Part shown: positions 20,208-32,669 of the stretch, one piece after another
Layout: the number at the start of each line of letters is the position of its first letter
How positions within the stretch are numbered: the first letter of the stretch is position 1
From: Candidatus Poribacteria bacterium
GTDB taxonomy: Bacteria; Poribacteria; WGA-4E; JAJDTR01
DNA: 64,000 nucleotides
NCBI GenBank assembly: GCA_965222225.1
Contig: CBDCTK010000002.1
Span: forward strand, 1,216,001 to 1,280,000
Direction of reading: 5' to 3'
Notes under the pieces: model-generated
Database searches by the model: none
The model's input: the letters and a program-made list of their open reading frames with translations, nothing else
Told to the model about the DNA's origin: nothing
Position numbers and translations under genes: made by a program

Positions 20208-20497
20208 GGCTAGTCGTCTCCTTTGGTAGCGTGCAATTGCGTCATTATAGCCGGCAATGGTTTCTAGGATTGAGGTTAATTGTCCTTCAAGCTCCTCAAC
20301 AGTGTGTAAGATAGCGTCGCGTACACCTACTAAATAACGGATGGTGGGATTGGCAGTTGTACGGTTTCATAAACTCTTCGGAATTAGTAGCTTGTAGCTT
20401 TTAGACTGACGACAAACATAAAACTTGGTACCCTGTCGTAAATCTTTTCGTCACACGTAGATGTCCATAGTGACTATTCTTCTCGTAGGAGTTTGCT

Positions 20498-21127
20498 ATG
20501 GACATTTTGAATCTTATGAAAGAGTTTCCAAATCAAGAATCTTGTCTCAGATTTATAGAGGAAAAACGTTGGAAGGACGGTGTCTGCTGTATCCACTGTG
20601 GCAGTGAAAAAGTTGGACGCAAGAACAAAAACGACATTACTGCTGGTTGGAATTGCTACGATTGTGGATCTAGCTTTTCGGCTATAGCAGGAACAATCTT
20701 CCATGGTGCCAAGATACCTCTCCAGAAATGGTTTTTGGCTATCTCAATCCTTTCCAATGCCAAGAAAAGCATATCGAGTTGTCAGCTTGCTCGTGACTTG
20801 GACATGAATCAAAAGTCCGCTTGGTATATGGCAATGCGCCTCCGTGAGAAAATGAGTGATAGTGATGAATTGCTGAAAGGGATAGTTGAAGCGGACGAAA
20901 CCTATGTCGGCGGCAAACCCAGAGCAAAATCTAAGAGAGGTAGAGGCACAAATAAATCTCCCGTCATCGGAGTAGTCGAGAGAGGCGGTCGGGTGGTTGC
21001 TAAATTCATGAAGGTTCTATCTGGTGAAAATATCAGAGAATTCATCCTTAGCAATGTCTCACCCGATGAGTCTATTCTTATGTTTGAAGTGAAAATAAGC
21101 CGTTCAGCTATCTCGACTTTTTTTTGA
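20498..21127 (+). mobile_element. IS1595-family transposase, 3'-truncated
   Basis: Zn ribbon (CIHC..CYDC), GTIFHG.KIPLQKWF, VEADETYVGG; C-terminal catalytic part missing. Confidence 0.9.
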
Positions 21128-21391
21128 ATACACTCTTTTTGCTACAACTCGAATCAGAATTGTAAGTGTCAATAAGATACCGAGTTCAATTAACCAAGCA
21201 GTAATGCCGTAAGTTGATATTAGAAACTCACCGACACCTACTCCGACCACGGCTGTTACTGATGCTATGACAACTAGGAAGGTGCCGTGCCGTTTCTGTG
21301 CTGCTCTTATCACTAATGGAGCAATAGCTACTAGCAAAATTATAGCTACTGCTGTTAGGATTGCAACGGTCATGGTAGCAATTTCTTTCAA
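21104..21391 (-). CDS. Small hydrophobic membrane protein
   Basis: 95-aa ORF with three TM-like segments. Confidence 0.5.
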   Translation of the reverse strand: MKEIATMTVAILTAVAIILLVAIAPLVIRAAQKRHGTFLVVIASVTAVVGVGVGEFLISTYGITAWLIELGILLTLTILIRVVAKRVYSKKSRDS

Positions 21392-21487
21392 TTACAACTA
21401 TAGTCATTTCAAATAAGAATTATACATTTTGATAATATCGTCAATTTTTTTGTGTTTCGGTGCATATTGCCACCGTTTCTTGATAAT

Positions 21488-21616
21488 GGCATTGATACGC
21501 CGGAAATGCGACCTTCAAAGAAAACTGCCGATGGTGCGGGACGTATTGTGGCGGATGTGGAAATCGGTGGAGTAGACCTCGGTGACCACTTGGTTGAGCT
21601 TGGCAAAACCGTATGA
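21488..21616 (+). pseudogene. Thermonuclease (SNase)-family remnant
   Basis: Translates GIDTPEMR...GRIVADVEIGGVDLGDHLVELG*, both SNase motifs with the middle deleted. Confidence 0.55.
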
Positions 21617-21664
21617 CGGTAGGAAAAAGCCAACTTGGAATTTCGATAAATAAGGAGATTTATC

Positions 21665-21988
21665 ATGTTTGGACCTAAGCATCAGTGGAAATGGCGAATA
21701 CCACTATTCATTGCGACTATATCAGTGCTTCTAGTGTCTGTTTACAAGATGACCACCCACAAGGCAACAGTCCCACAGCCAGTAGTTTATACAATGCCTG
21801 ATCTGGCATACCCGTATAAGCCACGTAATATTAACACAGGAAGGATTCGATTTTCCGACCCGATAGCACGTGCTAACAACAAACCAACCAGCACAACAAA
21901 TTTCGAATCCGAGAAAACAGACTCGGTAGCGATAGTCAATGGGGCGGGGAGCCGCCGGGGCGGGAGATTTGGGATTCTAAAGAACTGA
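21665..21988 (+). CDS. Hypothetical protein (N-terminal TM, possibly truncated)
   Basis: AAGGAG RBS, TM segment. Confidence 0.45.
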   Translation: MFGPKHQWKWRIPLFIATISVLLVSVYKMTTHKATVPQPVVYTMPDLAYPYKPRNINTGRIRFSDPIARANNKPTSTTNFESEKTDSVAIVNGAGSRRGGRFGILKN

Positions 21989-22260
21989 TGAGTATGGGTG
22001 GAAGGCTGGGGCAAGATCTCATACACTTGATTGACACTGCCAATTACGCCCAAGCGAAATCGAAATGCCTGAACGTGTATCGTGCTATCGACAGGTTCGC
22101 TAGGCGCACAAATCGTAACGCTACGGGGGTAAATTGACGATTTTGGAGGGGTGGGAAGGTGGTCCTGGTACTCGGAAGGGCGAAAAAAACGGCTAATTTG
22201 GAGCATGAGGAACGGATTATTCGCCACCGCGGAAGAATTCGATCGTGAAAGGAGCTGAAT

Positions 22261-22509
22261 ATGAAATTCCTTGCATCGTATCGCGTGGGCTGCGCATTAG
22301 CTTCAACGATTTTGTGTTCGTTGGTGTTAATCGCTTTGCTTGTGGTGCTTGCCAATTTTCTTGCGCCATACGTTGACGGGAACACTGACTATCCAGCAAT
22401 AATGCAACACCAAATTACTGGCTTACCTGCGGCGAAAGAATGCAATAATCCACAAATGGTGTTGCGACAAGAACTAACAACGCTATCCCACGAATCAAAA
22501 GCCTCCTGA
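22261..22509 (+). CDS. Hypothetical small membrane protein
   Basis: AAAGGAG RBS, hydrophobic N-terminus. Confidence 0.45.
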   Translation: MKFLASYRVGCALASTILCSLVLIALLVVLANFLAPYVDGNTDYPAIMQHQITGLPAAKECNNPQMVLRQELTTLSHESKAS

Positions 22510-22718
22510 AGAACACAAAAAATATTGCAGCAACTATGCCCATGTTTGTACATTGATCCTTCTTCATAATATAACTGTCAGTTATATCACGATCCATATA
22601 GCAACTGGTCACAGAAAAAACTAGAGGATTTCTGCCGGATAGGCACTCCAATGGTATAGAAAATGATGTCCATATCCTGTAGTCAAAGCCCTTATCTACT
22701 CATTGCACAATAAAGTGG

Positions 22719-22976
22719 CTACTTATATGCTTTGTCCCTCGCTTTAATGTCCGTCAAAAAGCAAATTTTCTCTTTCCTATTTATTCGGTATTTATATAGT
22801 CCGCGAAACCGCTTCTCTCTTAGCTTTTCTCCTACGAAAGGATTCACGGCAATTGTGTCTATTGCCTCCTCTATATCCTCCGACATTTCATGAAGTTTGG
22901 AACACCTCCTTTCAAATGTGCTTGTATATTCAACTTCATAAGGCTTGGAAGCCTTTCCACTTCTTTGTTTTCCCAT
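22719..22976 (-). CDS. RelE/ParE-family toxin (possibly internally deleted)
   Basis: YEVEYTSTFER...IAVNPFVGEKL....GLYKYRI pattern; overlaps the upstream antitoxin-like ORF. Confidence 0.7.
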   Translation of the reverse strand: MGKQRSGKASKPYEVEYTSTFERRCSKLHEMSEDIEEAIDTIAVNPFVGEKLREKRFRGLYKYRINRKEKICFLTDIKARDKAYK

Positions 22977-23196
22977 TTGCTATTTCCCATTCCGACCGTT
23001 CAAGGTCACTCATAAACTCTGAGTCACTAAGCAACTCAACATCCTCCAAATCAATAAGCGGAGGGTTTTCTGCTATAGCGGCAGGGGCAGGGCGTGTAAC
23101 AGCAGTCTCTCGTATGGCAGCGGAAGAACTTTGTTGTACTGTTCCACTTGAAGGACGTCGGCACACTGCTTCGTCTGCCTTATTTCGATTTTTCAT
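22936..23196 (-). CDS. Putative antitoxin
   Basis: Acidic C-terminus ELLSDSEFMSDLERSE..IANGKT typical of RelB/YefM-like partners; overlaps the toxin start. Confidence 0.55.
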   Translation of the reverse strand: MKNRNKADEAVCRRPSSGTVQQSSSAAIRETAVTRPAPAAIAENPPLIDLEDVELLSDSEFMSDLERSEWEIANGKTKKWKGFQAL

Positions 23197-23365
23197 TTTT
23201 TTCTCCGGTTGTCGTCTGTCAACGTTTTATAGAACCCCATTGAGCATTTACAAGTATAACTGAATGACTTAGCAAAAACAACAAAAAGCCGTAAAGAGGG
23301 GACGCCATTGCCGCAATGAGTAGGGAGATTGAAACGATGGGCGATTCGCTTCGTTGAGTGTATAC

Positions 23366-23590
23366 ATGACTACTCAAATGAACAAACCATTGACCATCAA
23401 GGAATATGCAGTTAGCCAGGGACTTTCGGAGACGACGGTGCGCCGTCGGATACGGGCTGGCGGGCTTGATGCTCGGATCGAACACGGTCGATATTTCATC
23501 TATGGACAGAACGGTGTCCATTCCGAAGAGGAAGCGAATATGCAAACCCGATCGGGGATTGCACCCATGAGTTTTGGCATTTCGTCGTAA
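23366..23590 (+). CDS. Excisionase/MerR-like helix-turn-helix protein (truncated)
   Basis: LTIKEYA...GLSETTVRRRIRAGGL winged-HTH pattern. Confidence 0.7.
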   Translation: MTTQMNKPLTIKEYAVSQGLSETTVRRRIRAGGLDARIEHGRYFIYGQNGVHSEEEANMQTRSGIAPMSFGISS

Positions 23591-23977
23591 GGATACCTCG
23601 TGTGTCGCGGGTGTGTTTGCCCTTGTATTCCGTTTGCATCCGATTAAGCGAGTGGATAGCAATCAAGGGAACGGATAGTGACCGATCAACTGAGTGGATA
23701 ACGAAGGCGTTAGGGATCTTATAGCGACTGCGATAGAGCACCCCCTCCCATAGAAGTTTCATCGCTCCGATAGCCCCAAAATAAAACCATCCAAACGACC
23801 GCCCTGCAATCTCGACTGGCAAAATGGGCCTCCGTTATGTTACAATACGCCACGTTGAAATCCTGTCGACCTGACCGTATTCCTCAGATATTCTACCTCA
23901 AATCCCCAATCTGAGCGATAGCGGAAGTTCAATCACCTCGCCATCAAACGTATCATCTCACTAAAGGAGGTATAACT

Positions 23978-24415
23978 GTGATCGAGTCAATCTGGGTAGA
24001 ACAGCGTCACATAGACGAAGGTGTCCCTCGCAACCTAAGCGACTGCGCAATCGCCCGTGCATTCTACGAAGCCACCGGTCTCCCGACAGTGGCGCATCCC
24101 AACATCATACGGATATTCTACGCCAAGGAGTTAATGGACCATTATCTCGCGGGTAACGAGGAGATGCGTCCGTATTGGCTAAAAGATTCCTGCGCCTACA
24201 ATGCGTCCCCTGCGGTAGGGAGCTGGATAAAGTCGTTCGATAGAAACAAGCCTTCTGTGCCTCCGCTCTATTTATGGTACGATTATCGGACCGGTAGATT
24301 AGAGACTGATTACATTCCACCAGCTATGAGGCGTTTTGAGAATGAGAAGGAAATGCTCAAGGGCACCGAGATAACCAAATCGGTCAAAGCCGGTACCAAT
24401 GCCGAATTGACCTAG
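23978..24415 (+). CDS. Hypothetical protein (paralog of 12803..13606)
   Basis: AAGGAGG RBS; HIDEG...CAIARA...WIKSFDR motifs. Confidence 0.7.
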   Translation: MIESIWVEQRHIDEGVPRNLSDCAIARAFYEATGLPTVAHPNIIRIFYAKELMDHYLAGNEEMRPYWLKDSCAYNASPAVGSWIKSFDRNKPSVPPLYLWYDYRTGRLETDYIPPAMRRFENEKEMLKGTEITKSVKAGTNAELT

Positions 24416-24815
24416 AAATCTTCTGTTTAAGTCGTAGGGTGCTATCAGTCGGCCGAATAGTGATTAGGATTTTCTATCCTAACCTATCCGCTCAGTTAAT
24501 CGATAGCGAACCCAACTCAATAGGAAATTCAGTCGATAGTTGTAGGTGCGCATTGCAATCAAACGACTGGACAGGGAGTAAGATTTCCTATCGCCTTCGC
24601 TCAGTTGATCGATAGAGTTCCCATAGAGATCCCACCAGCCTTTGAAAACCCTAACGCCAGAACAGGATAGGGGTGTAAAACCAGAAACCACCTCGCTCCG
24701 CATTGGGTTATTCGACTCCGGTTGAACTTGGGCAGCAGAACTTGCCTTGGTTTTCCTTATTTGTGATCTAGAGTAGCGTTAGCGCTTCATCGTGACATGG
24801 AAAGGAGTTTATACC

Positions 24816-25433
24816 GTGAAGATACTGGTTATCAGTTCTTGCACAAGCGATAAGCTAGATTGTGAAGCCTCCGCTGCAAAGATGTATACCGGACTTCAAC
24901 ATAGGTATTTAATGGAAGGATTGGAAAAGGTGCGGAACAGCTTTGGAGAACAAGCTATTGATTTAGCAATTATCTCCGCGAAGTATGGTTTGCTCAGTGA
25001 ATGCGATGTTATAGCTCCTTACAATTGTACATTTCCAGGTCTTAAGAAAAAGGAAGTCTTGGAGCGCAGTGACAGCCTTCATCTTCATGAACGGACGAAG
25101 GCGTTAATTACGCGCTATGATTTGGTTTTCTTTTTATTGGGTAAAGAGTACGTCCAAGCGTTGCAACTCCCTTTTGATGTTCCGGATACGGTTGCTCAGA
25201 TTTTTCTGCTCGGCCCAATAAATAGGAAGCTGATTCCTAATTTGCCAAATGTCTATTTTATTCCAGCTGGCAGAGATTTAGCGAAAACACTCGGTGTCAT
25301 GATAACTGCCCTTAAAGGAGTCATGTTTAAAAAATTGTGTTGCGTTGTATGTCGTGAGGGATTAGAGGTCTTTGAAATGATTAGGCAGGATCCACAGCTA
25401 GTCCTTGAGTTGGTGCATGATGGAGAGGGGTAA
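24816..25433 (+). CDS. DUF6884-like protein
   Basis: ILVISSCT..K...A..MYTG.QH, IISAKYGL....I.PY and LLGKEY motifs; AAGGAG RBS. Confidence 0.7.
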   Translation: MKILVISSCTSDKLDCEASAAKMYTGLQHRYLMEGLEKVRNSFGEQAIDLAIISAKYGLLSECDVIAPYNCTFPGLKKKEVLERSDSLHLHERTKALITRYDLVFFLLGKEYVQALQLPFDVPDTVAQIFLLGPINRKLIPNLPNVYFIPAGRDLAKTLGVMITALKGVMFKKLCCVVCREGLEVFEMIRQDPQLVLELVHDGEG

Positions 25434-25805
25434 AGCGTTGGGCTTTACTTGGTAACGCTTGATAGCCACGCAATGAAAGCGAAGTTTGTCTTAACTTCGA
25501 TGGTACTTGAGAATACATACATTAATCCACCGTCCATGACAACACCCATCGGGGTCTTGTTCTCGCTAATGGTTCGGTTGCCCCGTCATCCCCAAAGCCC
25601 ATTTCTACTACGAACGCGCAGGTCTTTAGAACCGAGAGCTCACCCACTGTTGGGCGGTGTACAACCACTGCGACACGCCACTGGTAATAGCGCTGCCTCG
25701 GGAGGTACAAGGCTTTGCCTTCGAGTCCGCACGCGGCCTGGCAGGGTTGCTCACAATTTAGTTTATTTTTGAGCCGACTAGACATTATTCCAAGAGGTGG
25801 TACTC

Positions 25806-26276
25806 ATGACTGAAGACCAATCCCAAAGCCGGTTATCCTACGGTAGAAGGCACGAATATATTGTAATAGCGGAATTGCTGCGACACGGATTTGATGTTTA
25901 CATACCTTTGGTGGATGACCGGCAGATTGACTGTATCATCCGGCGTGGCGACGACCACTATATTGACTTGCAACTTAAAGCGAGATCTAGGGATGGTAAC
26001 TTCGCTGCGATGAACATTGCCTGCCCTAGAAAAAATTACTTCTTCGTCTTCTATGTTGAGAGCATAAAAACTCGCTGGATTTTCCCCTCTCGCGATCTTG
26101 TTGAGGCAGCGAACCAAGACCGGACGGGAAGAAATACAGGAAAATTTAACATTTACCTCACTAGTCGTAGTGGTGGGGAAGTACGCCCCTCGCAAACATT
26201 CGACGAGTATATAGACTTCTCCGAATACTTAGGCATAGACAGAGAATTTGAACGCCTGCGAGGCCCCAAAGAATGA
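25806..26276 (+). CDS. PD-(D/E)XK nuclease-superfamily protein
   Basis: G..HE...AELL..GFDVY.P.VDD..IDC....IDLQLKAR pattern. Confidence 0.75.
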   Translation: MTEDQSQSRLSYGRRHEYIVIAELLRHGFDVYIPLVDDRQIDCIIRRGDDHYIDLQLKARSRDGNFAAMNIACPRKNYFFVFYVESIKTRWIFPSRDLVEAANQDRTGRNTGKFNIYLTSRSGGEVRPSQTFDEYIDFSEYLGIDREFERLRGPKE

Positions 26277-26545
26277 ATACAGGAGAACGTTTGTATGCAG
26301 TAATAAGCGGCTGCGTTTGCGTCATACTCGCCCTTGTCCTCTGCTCCTTCTTACCTCTCGGCGTTCAAAGCCAATCCGATAAATTAAGCGAAATCACATG
26401 TACTGCGCTTAGGGTGGTCAATAATCGGGGGGATGAAGTGGTTCGACTGCTGGCTGGCGAATACGGAGGACTCATAGGGATCTACGAGGAAAATGGGCAA
26501 CACGCACAAACAGCATTGGTAACTAAAGAAGGCGAGTCATTTTGA
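26273..26545 (+). pseudogene. Truncated secreted hypothetical protein
   Basis: Signal peptide plus EITCTALRVV; ends abruptly against a convergent ORF. Confidence 0.4.
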
Positions 26546-26731
26546 AGATAGATTTTTCTCAATTAGACCATTTACAGAGTTTATCAATGCGGTAAGCGCA
26601 GGAGTTACCGCGACTTGATGAAGACGGATTTCGGAAATTTCTTCCCCTATATTGGCAATATTAGTTTCGATGGTTTTAAGACGCTTATCAAGTTCTTCGC
26701 CGACAATGCGACGCAGACTTTCTTCGTTCAT
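26537..26731 (-). CDS. Small coiled-coil hypothetical protein
   Basis: 64 aa; ATGA overlap with 26728..26997. Confidence 0.5.
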   Translation of the reverse strand: MNEESLRRIVGEELDKRLKTIETNIANIGEEISEIRLHQVAVTPALTALINSVNGLIEKNLSSK

Positions 26732-26997
26732 GGTGAATGTCCTTTGCCCTTTTGCGTAGGTGGTGGGGCCGTCGTTGGATACTCCAGTAGGAAATAATTG
26801 CTATTTATAACTAGCCCGCGTTGTTTAAACAGAGCGCCCTGGAAAACGCCCTCTGTTTTTAGAACACGGGTAGCTTTTTCCAAATCGTCAAAAAAAGCAT
26901 TTCCACTCAACAACTTGGATTCAAACTCAAGGATTACCCCCTCGCGCTTACGGAGATACTCGTTCACGCGATGGAATTGTTCTAAAGCTGTATTCAA
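26728..26997 (-). CDS. Hypothetical protein
   Basis: AAGGAG RBS, 89 aa. Confidence 0.5.
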   Translation of the reverse strand: MNTALEQFHRVNEYLRKREGVILEFESKLLSGNAFFDDLEKATRVLKTEGVFQGALFKQRGLVINSNYFLLEYPTTAPPPTQKGKGHSP

Positions 26998-27248
26998 GCT
27001 ACTCCTTTGACGAGTTTCAGGATTTGATTATCACAATAGCGTTTTTTATAAGAAAACTTCGCGACAGAAAACCGACTTGTACCATTTCTCTAAAATTCAA
27101 GTGCATTGATTACAGTGGATCAAGTAAAGAAATCTGTGCGGAGAGAAGTAAGAAGCCGTATCTCCGCGCAAAGCAGGCGGGCAGGGGAATCTCTATCGCA
27201 CTCCCTGTTCGGTCATTTGATCGCTCCCACTGCCCTACCTCGCCGAAA

Positions 27249-29543
<2,295 letters not shown>

Positions 29544-29968
29544 TCAATAACTACAATTTCGGCTAACGTTGCCGCAATCGCTCAGGTTAAGAAATAGTGC
29601 AAAGACATTGAGTTTTCAAGAAAAAACTCGGTTTCTCTGAGCTGCCCTGCACTTTCTTATGAAGGGAATTTCCGCAATTTGTGAACCCGCAATGCGGGTT
29701 ACCCAAAGCAAATATGGCGTAGCCTGCATGTTCTCACAATACCGAGCTATTGTCAAGTATAAGTGTCGAATCGTCAATGCCAATTGTGCCATAATCCATA
29801 TAGCCGAATGAGCTATCTATCGGACTGGCAAATCCGTCCTCAGCCGGGCTATACTATTGAGTCGGGAAGTTTCTTCAACTGTCCAGATTCGTTAGATTGC
29901 CTAACCTAAATCTCCCCAATTTTTGTCTAAAGACTGTGGGTAAATTCACACCACCCACTGTCTTTCGA

Positions 29969-29997
29969 TTGACAACTTTACATAGGTCAAGTATAAT
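29969..29997 (+). promoter_or_regulatory. Consensus sigma70 promoter (homolog of 12684-12712)
   Basis: TTGACA, 17-bp spacer, TATAAT; flanks align with 12615-12722. Confidence 0.75.
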
Positions 29998-30099
29998 TTG
30001 GATGTAATGAATGCGTAGTGCCAGAGAAAGTGCGAACCTCTCAAATCTGTAGGCTCAAAAACGGCCCCGAAACGCAAACTTTTTTCTCCGTTAACATTT

Positions 30100-30241
30100 T
30101 GTTCACATCCATGACGCCACAAACCCACACCAGCAAAGGAAACCTTAATCTCGGAACATGTGAACACCCCCTCCAAATCGGCGCCTTGTTCACATTCTTG
30201 TACCTATTTTTTGCCCCTATTTTTCAAATGAAATGTGAACA
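30100..30241. repeat. Four alternately oriented TGTTCACA/TGTGAACA octamers (iteron-like)
   Basis: Copies at 30100, 30159, 30187 and 30234. Confidence 0.6.
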
Positions 30242-30702
30242 AACCATACCTAAACCTTCAAAAAAGTGCGATGAGTATACATTATTTCACGCCAGCCGCA
30301 CCTTCATACAGTCATTCTTGAGACACATTGGTCGCATATTTATGCGCGAAATCCCCAATTTCCCTTCTCTCCATTCACGGGGGTTCGATTATAATCACAT
30401 ATGAAATTAGTCATCTGCTTCTGGAACTCAAACGTCTATCAAAGCGTAATATAACAGCCTTGTAGGGTGGGCACTGCCCACCATTTTATCTTCATTCGAA
30501 CGCTGTGCCACCCTCCAAATACCGCGCCTCCCCGTTTGGAGGGCGTCGCGCTGGGGAGGTACCCAAAGATTAATCTTGGATTGGCGATTTCCGTTTTTTG
30601 CGGAACGAACCCAAACTGCCCAAGTAGGTTGGGATTGTTGAAACCCTCCCGTGCACACAGACACAAAACTCAGAAAGTAAGGCAGGCCGACACGGTGGGG
30701 TA

Positions 30703-30990
30703 ATGTCACAGCGACGATTCACATGGGATCCCCAAAAAAACCAAATCAATATCGGAAAACATCACATCAGTTTCCCCAGAGCGGCGAAGATTTTTGATGC
30801 ACCCCGAGTGGAAAAAGAAGATACGCGTCAAGACCATGGTGAAGAACGAATAATTGCGTTGGGACAAAGTGAAGGAAGAATCCTACGAGTAGTTTATACA
30901 CGGCGCAATTCGGTCATCCGAGTCATTTCGGCAAGGAGGGCGAAAAAGCATGAAAGAGCAGAATACATACGTCGAGTACACGCGTTCTGA
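30703..30990 (+). CDS. brnT: BrnT-family toxin
   Basis: FTWDP.KN..N..KH.ISF...F, EER...LG, VYT.R....RVISARRA motifs. Confidence 0.9.
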   Translation: MSQRRFTWDPQKNQINIGKHHISFPRAAKIFDAPRVEKEDTRQDHGEERIIALGQSEGRILRVVYTRRNSVIRVISARRAKKHERAEYIRRVHAF

Positions 30991-31225
30991 ACTGGACGCA
31001 ATCCCTGACGAGACCGACTGGGATCGTGTCGATGAACTGACCGATAAGGACATTGACGCGGCAGCGCGATCGGATGCGGACGATCCGCCAACAGAAGAAT
31101 CCTTCTGGAAGGATTCAACGGTCGTCGAGTCAGAAAACGCTGCGGGCCACACTCCCAGTTCAGGAGATGAGAAACCGAAATTGTCCGAGTTGAACCCAAA
31201 AGCGGACACGCTTGCTCAGTCCTAG
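30950..31225 (+). CDS. BrnA-like antitoxin lacking the C-terminal DNA-binding domain
   Basis: TDWDRVDELTDKDI..A...D.D.PP.EESFWK motif; overlaps brnT. Confidence 0.65.
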   Translation: MKEQNTYVEYTRSELDAIPDETDWDRVDELTDKDIDAAARSDADDPPTEESFWKDSTVVESENAAGHTPSSGDEKPKLSELNPKADTLAQS

Positions 31226-31444
31226 TAAGCAACATAATTCAAGAGAAGTTACGCTCAAATATCATGATAAAAGAATGCAAGGAGGGAAGATTGGACGAGA
31301 AGCCCCCACTCTCCCGCTCCAGAGGATTGAGGGTGGCGTGGGAAGAAATCTTCCACTCTTCCAATCCTATTCTTCCCACGTCTATGCTGAAGATAAACTT
31401 TTATATTGAAGCTTGTTAATCCCAGATACGAAAGGAAACACATT

Positions 31445-32552
31445 ATGATTGCAGATCTTAAATCCGAAGTTGATACCATGAACACTCGACTCGTTGAACT
31501 CCGGAGGTATCTTTGACCTAGAAAACAAAGAGAATGAACTGGCAACGCTTGAGGAAGAGCATTCAAAACCCGATTTTTGGAACAATCCACAGCAAGCTCA
31601 GAAAACCAGCCAGCGGATGGCGCAACTCCGCAATGAGGTGACAACGTACAAAGACATAGAATCGGAATTGCAGAATCTCCAAGTGTTAGTCGATCTCGCT
31701 ATTGAGGAAGACGATGAAAGTTTCAATGACGAAATCACTACCGGATTAAAGGAGATTGCGACGCAAATTGAAGGCATTGAGTTCAAGTTGATGCTTGATG
31801 GGAAACATGATGTCAATAATGCGATTCTGTATATCCGTCCCGGCGCGGGGGGGACAGAGTCTCAAGATTGGGCAGCAATGCTCATGCGCATGTATCTTCG
31901 TTGGTGTGAACGGAGTGATTACGACACAGAAACGCTAGAATTGACGCCTGGCGATGAAGCGGGAATCAAAAGCGCTACCATTCTCGTCACAGGCGAGTAC
32001 GCATACGGCTATTTGCGGGCAGAAGCTGGTATTCATCGGCTGGTCCGCTTGTCTCCGTTCGATTTCAACCATCGTCGTCATACCTCCTTTGCAGCAGCCG
32101 CGGTCAGCCCTGAAATCGATGATACCATTGATGTGGAAATCAATCCCGCTGACCTGAGAATTGACTGTTATCGTTCAAGCGGTGCCGGCGGCCAACACGT
32201 AAATGTTACAGATTCTGCGGTTCGGATGACCCATCTCCCCACCGGAGTTGTAGTCCAGTGCCAAAATGAGCGCTCACAACACAAGAACCGCGAAGTTGCC
32301 ATGAAAATCTTACGTTCGCGGTTATATGAATACTATGAAGCACAACAGCGTGAGGAGATTTCCAAACTGCACGAGGACCGACTTGACATTAACTTTGGGA
32401 GCCAGATTCGATCCTATGTGATGCACCCCTACCGACTCGTCAAAGATTTGCGTACGAACATCGAAACCGGTAACGTGGATTCGGTCATGGACGGTGATTT
32501 GAACGCCTTTATTGAAGGTTACCTGAAACATAGACAACAGCACAATCCATGA
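31445..32552 (+). CDS. prfB: Peptide chain release factor 2 with programmed +1 frameshift
   Basis: ATG at 31445; internal SD and slippery site GGAGG-TAT-CTT-TGA-C (CTT 31511-31513); SPF and GGQ motifs. Confidence 0.97.
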
Positions 32553-32669
32553 CACGGTTCGTCCACGGAAGCGCCATATTCATTACCCCTGATTTTATTT
32601 GCCTTAATCATTGGCGCGTGCTATACTACTACGCGCTATAATTTGATGGACTTTGAAGGGATATGAAAA

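Noticed and set aside
18400-27000. Small-gene region as an integron cassette array
   Set aside because: Mixed gene orientations, no recurring attC-like sites found and no integrase.
31494-31520. prfB apparent frameshift as an error or novelty
   Set aside because: Canonical CTT-TGA-C programmed +1 frameshift with internal Shine-Dalgarno; well known.
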